Source: Candidatus Saganbacteria bacterium (GTDB taxonomy: Bacteria > Margulisbacteria > WOR-1 > JAKLHX01). From it: a stretch of 32,000 nucleotides of DNA. Location: assembly GCA_026387835.1 (NCBI GenBank), contig JAPLKZ010000007.1:65284-97283 (forward strand). The letters run 5' to 3'. Below are positions 8,887 to 16,989 of the stretch, one piece after another. Each line of letters opens with the position of its first letter. Position 1 is the stretch's first letter. Made by a program: the position numbers and the translations under genes. Below the pieces are notes generated by a model. That model had not been told where the DNA came from, searched no databases, and saw nothing but the letters and a program-made list of their open reading frames with translations.

Positions 8887-9753
8887 ATGAAAATCATAGT
8901 ATTCGGGGGCGCGGGTTTTTTGGGCAGCCACGTGGCGGACGCGCTGACAGAAAAAGGGCACAAAGTCACGGTATTTGACCTGATAAAGTCGCCTTATCTA
9001 AAAGAAGGCCAAAACAGCATCATAGGTGATGTCACTGATCCTGAATGCGTCAGCAAGGCGGTGGCGGGACAGGAGATCGTATATAACTTCGCGGGAATAG
9101 CGGACATGGACGCGGCAAAAATAAAACCGCTTGAAACAGTAAAGAATAACATATACGGAAACACCGTGCTTCTCGAGGCCTGCAGGAAATCAAAGGTCAA
9201 GAGGTTTGTCTTTGCCAGTACTCTTTATGTTTACAGCAAGGCGGGTTCTTTTTACAGGAGCAGCAAGCAGGCGAACGAGCTTTTGATAGAGAACTACCAC
9301 GATATCTATGGCCTCGATTTTACGATACTGAGATACGGATCGCTATACGGGCCAAGAGCGGATGAAAACAACTGGATACACAGGGTGGTAAATCAGGCGC
9401 TGAAAGAAAATAAGATCACCAGGCACGGCGACGGTGAGGAACTGCGCGAGTACATCCACGTGCTGGATGCTGCCAGGCTGAGCGCGGACATACTGTCAGA
9501 TGATTACAATAACCAGTACGTGATAATAGCCGGCCACCAGCAGATGAAGATAAAAGACCTTATGGTGATGATAAGGGAAATACTGAATAACAAGATAAAG
9601 CTCGAATACCTACCCGTCGATTCAACCGAGCACTACGAAATCACTCCGTATGTCTTCAGCCCGAAGATAGCAAAACGTATACAGAGCAATAATTATATTG
9701 ATCTGGGTCAGGGGATACTTGATCTCATCACAAGGATATATGCCGCAAAATGA
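8887..9753 (+). CDS. NAD-dependent epimerase/dehydratase-family SDR (nucleotide-sugar epimerase or ketoreductase)
   Basis: It has MKIIVFGGAGFLGSHVADAL (GxxGxxG) and the YxxxK motif in YRSSKQANE. A GGAGG RBS lies 7 nt upstream. Confidence 0.85.
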   Translation: MKIIVFGGAGFLGSHVADALTEKGHKVTVFDLIKSPYLKEGQNSIIGDVTDPECVSKAVAGQEIVYNFAGIADMDAAKIKPLETVKNNIYGNTVLLEACRKSKVKRFVFASTLYVYSKAGSFYRSSKQANELLIENYHDIYGLDFTILRYGSLYGPRADENNWIHRVVNQALKENKITRHGDGEELREYIHVLDAARLSADILSDDYNNQYVIIAGHQQMKIKDLMVMIREILNNKIKLEYLPVDSTEHYEITPYVFSPKIAKRIQSNNYIDLGQGILDLITRIYAAK

Positions 9754-10397
9754 CAAGAACCAAGGCCATAATATTTGATTTTGACGGGGTGATCGTTGAA
9801 TCAATGGATATAAAAGCCGATGGATTCGCTTTTCTATTTAAGGATTATCCTGATAAGACAGATAAGATCGTTAGATTTCACCTTGACCATGGGGGGATGG
9901 GGAGGATGGAAAAGTTCGAACGGATATATAGAGATTTCCTGGGTCAAAATATTACAGAAACAGAAAAGGTGATCTTAAGCAAAAAACTCACAGAATTCGC
10001 ATATGAAAAAGTCGTGAAATGTCCGTTTGTCGCAGGGGCGAAGGAATTTCTTGAAAAACACAAAGATGACTTTCTCATGTTTGTCGTGTCCGGAACACCC
10101 GATAGTGAGATTAAGAAAATTGCAGGAAAAAGGAAACTTTCCGGATATTTCAAGGAAGTGCTGGGATCACCCAAGAAAAAGACCGAGCTTAACGGGTATA
10201 TTCTTAAAAAATATGATCTAAAGCCTGAGGAAACTGTTTTTATCGGGGATTCGATCGACGATTATATCGGGGTAAAAGACCTGGGGATAAGGTTTATAGG
10301 TAGGATCGACAAAGAAGATCCGTTCAAGGGTCTTGAGATCGAAAGCAGGATAAAAGATCTTTCTGAACTTGAAAGCATGGTGGGTAAAAATGTATAG
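9750..10397 (+). CDS. HAD-superfamily phosphatase (subfamily IA, phosphoglycolate-phosphatase/beta-PGM-like)
   Basis: It has motif I (IIFDFDGVIVES), motif II (VVSGTP) and motif IV (FIGDSIDD). It overlaps the upstream gene by ATGA. Confidence 0.85.
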   Translation: MTRTKAIIFDFDGVIVESMDIKADGFAFLFKDYPDKTDKIVRFHLDHGGMGRMEKFERIYRDFLGQNITETEKVILSKKLTEFAYEKVVKCPFVAGAKEFLEKHKDDFLMFVVSGTPDSEIKKIAGKRKLSGYFKEVLGSPKKKTELNGYILKKYDLKPEETVFIGDSIDDYIGVKDLGIRFIGRIDKEDPFKGLEIESRIKDLSELESMVGKNV

Positions 10398-11043
10398 ATT
10401 GCTGTCGTATCCTTTAAATGAAAAGACCCCCATGTATGGCGATACAAGGCCTGTAATGATCGAGCCATGCAAGCAGATCAGCAGGGGTGATGATTGTGAT
10501 ACGGCTTACGTTACTTTTTCAAACCACAGCGGAACACACATCGATGCCCCAAAGCATTTCCATGCCAAGGGCAGGTCTTTAAGCCAGTTTGGTGCAGAGG
10601 AATTTATTTTTGAAAGACCGCGCATGATGGATTGTCCGAAAAATGAAGACAAACTGGTCATGCCGGATGACATAAAGGACTCGGCCGGCTGTGACCTGCT
10701 GCTGATAAGGACCGGATTTTTTAAATTCAGGGGAAGCGAAAAATATCGGTTGAACAATCCGGGAATTTCAGCAGATGCAGCCCTGTGGATCAGGGAAAAA
10801 TGTCCCGGTATCCGCGCCGTCGGTATCGATACGATATCGATAACTGCTTTTCAAAAAAGGCCGGAAGGAAAGCGAGCGCACCATACTTTCCTTGATCCTG
10901 ATGCAAAAACCGGCAAACCTGTGCTCCTGATAGAAGATATGGATTTGAGCGGCGATCTTGCCGGCCTTAAAAAGGTATTCACGGTACCACTTTATTTTGA
11001 AGGTGTTGACAGCATGCCGTGCACGGTCATAGGGGAATTTTGA
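10390..11043 (+). CDS. Cyclase-family protein (kynurenine-formamidase-like metal hydrolase, PF04199-type)
   Basis: It has the signature FSNHSGTHIDAPKHF (HxGTHxDxPxH). ATG 10390 follows GGTGGG by 5 nt. The TTG 10369 start in the track is less likely. Confidence 0.8.
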   Translation: MYRLLSYPLNEKTPMYGDTRPVMIEPCKQISRGDDCDTAYVTFSNHSGTHIDAPKHFHAKGRSLSQFGAEEFIFERPRMMDCPKNEDKLVMPDDIKDSAGCDLLLIRTGFFKFRGSEKYRLNNPGISADAALWIREKCPGIRAVGIDTISITAFQKRPEGKRAHHTFLDPDAKTGKPVLLIEDMDLSGDLAGLKKVFTVPLYFEGVDSMPCTVIGEF

Positions 11044-11131
11044 TTACGGCAATCAGAAAGAAGGTAATTAGCACTGCTTTACTGATGAGACAAGGTATTA
11101 TCAAGAAAGGAGTTTTTGAAATCAGAAAATA

Positions 11132-12262
11132 ATGAACAAACCTTACGGAGGAAAACTGATCGACAGATACGACCTCCCGGTGAAAACCCCGGCATATGAT
11201 CATGAGGTCACTGTGTCTGATGTTGTGGTGTCTGACCTGTATAATATCGCGGACGGTGTTTTCAGCCCGCTTGAAGGGTTTATGACGGCTAAAGAATTTA
11301 ACAGTGTAGTAATGAAGGGTGTTTTTCGCGATCTTCCATGGACGATACCAATACTTATTGATGTTGACAAGGCGGAAGCCATTGCGGCAGGAAGATCAAA
11401 ACTGGTAGGAATTCGAAATAAAGAAGGCAAACTATTTGCGTCAGTTGAGGTCGAGGATGTCTATGCGCACAATAAAGAACTTCATGCAGAAAAAGTCTTC
11501 GGAACAAATGACAAAAAACACCCCGGGGTAAACTTTGTCCATAACATGAAAGAGTACCTGATCGGCGGAAAGATACTTGTCCACAAGAGGGCCCGACATT
11601 TTGGCAGTTATATGTCTCCGAGACAGACGAGAACGATGTTCGAAAAACTCGATCTTAAAACCATTGCGGGTTTTCAGACAAGAAATGTACTTCACAGAGC
11701 CCACGAATATCTCCAGAGATGCGCTCTGGAGCTGGTGGACGGCCTTTTTCTTCAGCCGATAGTAGGGTGGAAAAAACCGGGCGATTTTACCGCGGAAGCC
11801 GTAATAAAAGCCTACAGAGAATTCATAAAAGATTATTATCCGAGAAAGCGCATCGTTCTTGGCACTTTAAAGACAGCAATGCGCTATGCCGGACCTAAAG
11901 AAGCTGTGTTTCACGCGATCATAAGAAAAAACTTCGGCTGTACCCATTTTATCGTCGGCCGGGATCACGCGGGTGTTGGAGGGTACTACGGCAAATACGA
12001 GGCGCACGATATATTCGACAGGATAAGGGATCTTGGGATCACAATCTTGAGGTTCAAAGAGCCTCTTTACTGCAGTAAATGTGACCTTATAGTCACAGAA
12101 AAGACCTGCGGCCATAATAAAAAATATCACCAGGAAATAAGCGGGACTCTCGTAAGAAGCATCATCAAGAAGGGGGATCAGCCGAAGCACAAGATCTTCA
12201 GGCCTGAGGTTTACGACGTCCTGGTAAGAGAATTTAAGGCGCATCACCTTTTTTATGAATAG
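11132..12262 (+). CDS. sat: Sulfate adenylyltransferase (ATP sulfurylase, homo-oligomeric Sat type)
   Basis: It has GFQTRNVLHRAHEYLQ and HFIVGRDHAGVGGYYGKYEAHDIF, plus a PUA-like N-terminal domain. It is 376 aa. Confidence 0.92.
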   Translation: MNKPYGGKLIDRYDLPVKTPAYDHEVTVSDVVVSDLYNIADGVFSPLEGFMTAKEFNSVVMKGVFRDLPWTIPILIDVDKAEAIAAGRSKLVGIRNKEGKLFASVEVEDVYAHNKELHAEKVFGTNDKKHPGVNFVHNMKEYLIGGKILVHKRARHFGSYMSPRQTRTMFEKLDLKTIAGFQTRNVLHRAHEYLQRCALELVDGLFLQPIVGWKKPGDFTAEAVIKAYREFIKDYYPRKRIVLGTLKTAMRYAGPKEAVFHAIIRKNFGCTHFIVGRDHAGVGGYYGKYEAHDIFDRIRDLGITILRFKEPLYCSKCDLIVTEKTCGHNKKYHQEISGTLVRSIIKKGDQPKHKIFRPEVYDVLVREFKAHHLFYE

Positions 12263-12271
12263 GAGCAAATA

Positions 12272-13696
12272 ATGGATAAGACAAAGATAGTCTGCACTAT
12301 TGGCCCGGCTTCGTGTGACAGGAAAACACTGGAAAAACTTGCGAAAGCCGGGATGAATGTTGCCAGACTGAACGGCTCTCATAACACTCTTGATTGGCAT
12401 GAAAAATCAATTAAACTTATAAGATCGGTCGACAAGAACATCCCGATCCTTCTGGATTTGCCGGGAAGAAAAATCAGGACTGCTAAATTTAAGCATACCT
12501 ACAAGCTTAAAAATGGAAAGACAATAATATTTACTTCGGTAAAAGGGTATAAAAGTTCCGATAAAGTGGCTGTAAATTACAGCGGTCTGCACAGGGACCT
12601 TAAGAGAGGGAATATTATCCTAGCCGATGACGGGACGTTGAAATTCAGGGTTGTCGAGGTAAAAGGCACGAACGTGTTCTGCAGGATACTCACCGACGGG
12701 GAACTCAAAGGCGGCAAGGGGTTGAATGTCCCGTACGTCAAGGTCAATACGCCTCTTATAACTGAAGATGATAAAAGACTCATTAAGTTCGCGATAAAGA
12801 ACAAAGTTGATTGGGTGGGGCTGTCGTTTGTCGAAAACGGCGAACATGTAAGAAAAGTGAAAAAACTTCTGGGAAACAGCGGAATAGGGGTGATAGCAAA
12901 GACAGAGAACAAGTTCGGCATAGACAATATAGAAAGTATCCTGAAAGAATCGGACGGGATCCTAATAGACCGAGGAGACCTGGGTGCCGAGACTTCTATT
13001 GCCAATATAGGGGTGATCCAGAAGAAAGCGATCATAGCGGCGAACAGCAGCGGCAGGCCGGTCATAGTAGCGACGGAGATGCTCCATTCCATGATAGAAA
13101 AACGACAGCCCACAAAAGCAGAGGTTACGGACATAACGAATTCTATAATGGACGGCGCCTCGGCAATAATGTTGTCCGGGGAGACAGCCGTGGGGATAGA
13201 CCCGGTCAATACGGTAAAGGTCATGCGCTCCGTGGCGGACGAAGCAGAAAAATACTTTTCAAGATCCGCAGTCATAGATTCATCGATGACCCAAAAGACA
13301 ATACCCAGCGCAATAGGTAAAAGTATATATGAGATATCAAAAGAGATGCCGATAGACAAGGTTGTCTGTATAACCTTGTCGGGTTATGCCGCAAGGATGA
13401 TAAGCAGGTACAAGCTTGACCAGATGATACTGGCGGTAACGGACAAGATCGAAAAGGCAAGAAAATTCAATCTTTTGTGGGGAGTAACGGGCATTTGCCT
13501 CGGCATTAATTTTGTCAGCAAGGATTATTCGCATATCATCGAGAGCGCAAAACAGCTTTGGAAAGAGGGTTTCCTGAAAAAAGATGACCTGGTAGTGTTT
13601 ACCGCGGTCATACTACCTTATAGGAATGCAAAGATGAACTATCTCCAGATACATAAGATGAGCGATCTGATCGCGCTGTTCAAGTGGGGCAATTGA
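12272..13696 (+). CDS. pyk: Pyruvate kinase (probably the K+-independent subtype)
   Basis: It has KTKIVCTIGPAS, GMNVARLNGSHN, AKTEN, IDRGDLGAE, VATEMLHSM...PTKAEVTDITNSIMDGASAIMLSGETAVG. DLPGRKIR replaces the canonical DTKGPEIR. That puts Lys at the position of rabbit-muscle Glu117, the change reported to remove K+ dependence. This alignment is from memory. Confidence 0.88.
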   Translation: MDKTKIVCTIGPASCDRKTLEKLAKAGMNVARLNGSHNTLDWHEKSIKLIRSVDKNIPILLDLPGRKIRTAKFKHTYKLKNGKTIIFTSVKGYKSSDKVAVNYSGLHRDLKRGNIILADDGTLKFRVVEVKGTNVFCRILTDGELKGGKGLNVPYVKVNTPLITEDDKRLIKFAIKNKVDWVGLSFVENGEHVRKVKKLLGNSGIGVIAKTENKFGIDNIESILKESDGILIDRGDLGAETSIANIGVIQKKAIIAANSSGRPVIVATEMLHSMIEKRQPTKAEVTDITNSIMDGASAIMLSGETAVGIDPVNTVKVMRSVADEAEKYFSRSAVIDSSMTQKTIPSAIGKSIYEISKEMPIDKVVCITLSGYAARMISRYKLDQMILAVTDKIEKARKFNLLWGVTGICLGINFVSKDYSHIIESAKQLWKEGFLKKDDLVVFTAVILPYRNAKMNYLQIHKMSDLIALFKWGN

Positions 13697-13700
13697 TCTC

Positions 13701-14969
13701 ATGCCTATTCCAGTAATATCAACGCTTACAAACCATGAGCTGACGAGGTTCTTTTTCGCCATCGTGCTTTTGTTGAGCTTCGCAAATATTTTCGGTTATA
13801 TTTTCCATAAGTTCAAAATGCCCAGGGTGATCGGTGAAATCTTCGGGGGAATAGTCCTCGGACCGTCTATTATGGGTGCTGTTTTTCCGGGTTTCTTTAC
13901 AGTAATATTTGATGCTTTTCCTTCGGAAGGGAAGCTTCTATCGGTCATGTACTGGTTCGGTCTTGTGCTGTTGATGTTCGTCTCCGGTTATGAGATACCC
14001 AGGGTATTTGAGAAAAAGGACAGGAACCTGATATCCGCCATACTTATCGGTTCCACTGTCATCCCGTTCACCGCAGGGTGGCTGTTCACATATGCTGCTG
14101 ATATGCCATCACTCATGGGTTACGCTCAGAACGCTTTGGCTTTCAGGATAGTGATGGGGATAGCGGTAGCCGTGACGTCCATCCCGGTCATATCGAAGAT
14201 CTTTCTGGACCTTGACATAATAAAGACCGGATTTGCAAAGATAGTGCTGACCGCTTCTACCGCGCATGATCTGATATTGTGGATAGCCCTTGCCGTGGCA
14301 ACCGGACTTGTGAGTTCAAAAGATCTATCGGTATCAGGAATAGCCATGACAGTAGCCGTTACGCTGGTGTTCTTTGTCCTCGGAGCCGCCTTTGTCCCGA
14401 GGATCGTAGCCGCGGGCAACAAGATGAGGGCTAACCTGCTGATAAAATCATCGGTGTTCGGTTATACGCTGTTCATCTGCTTCCTTTTTTCAGCGATAGC
14501 AAGCCTTCTCAACGTCAATATAGTCTTTGGTGCGTTCCTGGCAGGCATCATAATTGGGACAGTTCCGGGAGACGAGTTTGAAAATGCGAGGAAAAGCATA
14601 AAGGAGAACGCTCTTTCGTTCTTTGTGCCCGTGTATTTTGCCATAGTCGGCATCAGGCTTAATTTCATCAGCCAGTTCGATCCCAAGTTCTTTATCTTGT
14701 TCATGCTGGTGGCGCTGGCAGCGCAGGCAGTCGGTACCTTGCTGGCTACGGCAGTGATGAGAAAAGATATCTTCACGGGATTCAATTATGCTGTTGCGAT
14801 GAACACCAGGGGAGGTCCCGGGATAGTCCTGGCTTCCGTCGCGTATGAACTGGGCATCATAAACGGTTCCTTCTTCACTTCGATAGTGACGCTTTCCGTT
14901 TTGACCGCGCTGCTTGCAGGAGTATGGTTCAAGTATGTTCTTTCAAAAGGATGGGAGCTTGCTTCATGA
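13701..14969 (+). CDS. Cation:proton antiporter, CPA2 / Na_H_Exchanger family, membrane domain only (no KTN/RCK domain)
   Basis: It is a polytopic hydrophobic protein of 422 aa. The N-terminal signature FKMPRVIGEIFGGIVLGPSIMG is typical of KefB/NapA-type exchangers. It starts 4 nt after the pyk stop. Confidence 0.82.
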   Translation: MPIPVISTLTNHELTRFFFAIVLLLSFANIFGYIFHKFKMPRVIGEIFGGIVLGPSIMGAVFPGFFTVIFDAFPSEGKLLSVMYWFGLVLLMFVSGYEIPRVFEKKDRNLISAILIGSTVIPFTAGWLFTYAADMPSLMGYAQNALAFRIVMGIAVAVTSIPVISKIFLDLDIIKTGFAKIVLTASTAHDLILWIALAVATGLVSSKDLSVSGIAMTVAVTLVFFVLGAAFVPRIVAAGNKMRANLLIKSSVFGYTLFICFLFSAIASLLNVNIVFGAFLAGIIIGTVPGDEFENARKSIKENALSFFVPVYFAIVGIRLNFISQFDPKFFILFMLVALAAQAVGTLLATAVMRKDIFTGFNYAVAMNTRGGPGIVLASVAYELGIINGSFFTSIVTLSVLTALLAGVWFKYVLSKGWELAS

Positions 14970-16177
14970 GCAAAATAAAAACAATATTAAGTCTCATTTT
15001 TTATACCATGGTCTGCATGGTCATGTTTTTAGCCTATTTTCTGTTAGGATTGGTCCCACGCAGAAAAGATATAGTGGTGTTCGGGAGCTGGGAAGGCAAA
15101 AAGTTTTGTGACAACGCGAAATATCTTTTCTTATACATAGCAAAGAACTGTAAGGAATATAGACCTGTATGGATTAGCCGCAATAATAAGATCATCTCAG
15201 ACCTGAGGGCGCAGGGTTTTGAGGCGTTCCATGCAAGAAGCCTGAAAGGATCCTGGTTCTGCTGGCGTGCGAAGTTCATATTTATTACACACAGCCTGAC
15301 GTATGATGTAAATCCTGTGGTGACACGGGGAGCTGTGATATTAGACCTTTTTCATGCTACATTGCCCATTAAAAAAATGGGCTACGATGTGACACAGGAA
15401 TGTCCCCTGTTAAAAAGAGCAATTAATTTCTTGTCAACGCCTTTTGAATATATAAAAGCCGATTACGCATTCAGCCCGTCTAAGAACATATCTCCAATCC
15501 TGAGCACCGCATTGCGGGTGAAAACGGCTAATATCAAAGTAACGGGATTGCCGAGAAGCGATTATATGCTGCAAGTCAATGATCAGGAATCAAATAAAGA
15601 CTATTACAAAATATTTAAAGGCAGAAAGTTTAAGAATATGATCTATTACATTCCGACTTTTAGGAGCCGAAAGGAGTTCGATTTATTTCATTACGGCTTT
15701 AGTGAGGCCCAAATAAATGATCTTCTGGAAAAAACAGACAGCGTTCTTCTGATACGTTTCCATCCTTTTGATTCTGACAAGTACAAGGATATAGCGCAAA
15801 ATAAAGAAAGAATATTCTTTGATAATACCGATGACCTGTATCCCCTTCTCAAAAAAGCGGATATACTGATCACAGACTATTCCAGCATTTGCTTTGATTA
15901 CCTGCTTATGGATAAACCCATAGTCTTTGCAAATTTCGATTATGCCGATTATCTAAAAGAGCGGCCGTTATATTGCGACTATGCGAAAATCACACCCGGA
16001 GTAAAAGCAGAAAATTGGCCGGATTTAGTTAAAAGCCTGGAATTAATTTTGATTTCCGGCCAAGATCAATTTATTAAGGAGCGTGAAATAATGAAACAAT
16101 ATGTGTATGACTATCTTGATCAAAATGCATGCGCCAGGATCGCACGATTTTTTAGAAGCTTACAAGGGGAACAATAA
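14966..16177 (+). CDS. CDP-glycerol glycerophosphotransferase-family (TagB/TagF-like) teichoic-acid-type phosphotransferase
   Basis: It has IYYIPTFRS, LLIRFHPFD and ADILITDYSSICFDYLLMDKPIVFANFDYADY (Glyphos_transf motifs), plus an N-terminal hydrophobic helix. I chose ATG 14966, which overlaps the antiporter stop by ATGA. The track start of 14924 is unlikely. Confidence 0.85.
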   Translation: MSKIKTILSLIFYTMVCMVMFLAYFLLGLVPRRKDIVVFGSWEGKKFCDNAKYLFLYIAKNCKEYRPVWISRNNKIISDLRAQGFEAFHARSLKGSWFCWRAKFIFITHSLTYDVNPVVTRGAVILDLFHATLPIKKMGYDVTQECPLLKRAINFLSTPFEYIKADYAFSPSKNISPILSTALRVKTANIKVTGLPRSDYMLQVNDQESNKDYYKIFKGRKFKNMIYYIPTFRSRKEFDLFHYGFSEAQINDLLEKTDSVLLIRFHPFDSDKYKDIAQNKERIFFDNTDDLYPLLKKADILITDYSSICFDYLLMDKPIVFANFDYADYLKERPLYCDYAKITPGVKAENWPDLVKSLELILISGQDQFIKEREIMKQYVYDYLDQNACARIARFFRSLQGEQ

Positions 16178-16989
16178 TGATCACATCCTTATATTCAGAT
16201 GCACATCTCAAGGAGGCAAAGGAGCTGTTCCCTGATAAGGTCGGTGATCCCAACTGGCTTAATTCGCAGTGGACGACAGAGGAAATAAATATGTGCAAAG
16301 AACTCTCCTTGCACAAAACTATTTATGCAATGAATATGAATGAATATGAACAGTATATGGGGATAGATCCTCCATCCATGCGACAACAAGCCATAGCCGA
16401 AATCATTACCAAAAACTTTCCAAATAAAAACATAAAAGTACTGTCTATCGGATGCGGTTATGGTGATAAAGAGCTGTATCTGGCAAGGAAGGGCTATGCA
16501 GTTACTGCCTTCGACGTTTCGCCGGTCATGGACTTTTTGCGTGAAAGATATTCCGGTGAGGTGGATTTTACCACTTCTCTTGATGCCAGAAACATGCCAT
16601 TTGTCCCGGAGAGCTTTGATCTGGTCTTAGTGCTGAATATGATTTATGCCATCCCAAATGAGGATTTGCCCGGATTATTTTCTAATATTAATATGATCAT
16701 AAAGAAAGGCGGGGGGTTTATTCTTAGCTCGTCAGCAACAATTGGATTTAGAGAAAAGATAAAAATATTGGCGAAAAAACTATTCGGGAAAAAAGCTTCT
16801 TCTCGAAAACCCGACGGGTGGAAACAGACCGGTTGGAAGAGGGATCGCCGGGAAATGGAACGATATTTGCCTTTCAATGATTTCAAACAAATCCGATATG
16901 ACGGCTCTGTCTGTCGCGATCTGAGTGCTAAGAGAGTGTTCTCAAAAGACCCATATTATGACTTTTGGGTAGCGAAAGGGAAGAAGTAG
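16177..16989 (+). CDS. Class I SAM-dependent methyltransferase
   Basis: It has VLSIGCGYGDKELYLARKGYAVTAFDVSPVM and FDLVLVLNMIYAIP...IKKGGGFILS. TAATG forms a 1-nt overlap with the upstream gene. Confidence 0.8.
   Translation: MITSLYSDAHLKEAKELFPDKVGDPNWLNSQWTTEEINMCKELSLHKTIYAMNMNEYEQYMGIDPPSMRQQAIAEIITKNFPNKNIKVLSIGCGYGDKELYLARKGYAVTAFDVSPVMDFLRERYSGEVDFTTSLDARNMPFVPESFDLVLVLNMIYAIPNEDLPGLFSNINMIIKKGGGFILSSSATIGFREKIKILAKKLFGKKASSRKPDGWKQTGWKRDRREMERYLPFNDFKQIRYDGSVCRDLSAKRVFSKDPYYDFWVAKGKK

Noticed and set aside
11044-11131. The largest intergenic gap (88 bp) upstream of sat, considered as an internal promoter, riboswitch or leader.
   Set aside because: Candidate -35/-10 hexamers (TTTACT/TATTAT, TTACGG/TAATTA) have wrong spacing (about 12 and 15 nt). 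There is no obvious conserved stem-loop architecture. An AAGGAG sits 19 nt from the ATG, too far to be the sat RBS. This is not enough evidence to call a feature.
12811-13320. A 169-aa + strand alternative-frame ORF, extremely Arg/Gly-rich, inside pyk. Similar alt-frame ORFs occur at 4217-4429, 5553-5777, 10027-10221, 11577-11762, 17836-18051 and 29861-30076.
   Set aside because: They are out-of-frame overlaps of well-supported genes. The Arg-rich composition is what a frame shift of purine-rich coding sequence produces. There is no independent start context.
12577-13359. A 260-aa minus-strand ORF, the longest antisense ORF. Other antisense ORFs of the same kind include 17550-18290 (246 aa), 4528-5175 (215 aa), 11867-12400 and 6979-7476.
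   Set aside because: Each lies entirely inside a + strand gene with strong family motifs (pyk, GT4/DegT, kdsB-like, sat, dehydrogenase). Their translations are low-complexity (Ser/Ile/Phe/Pro-rich) with no recognisable motifs or RBS. They are typical shadow ORFs.
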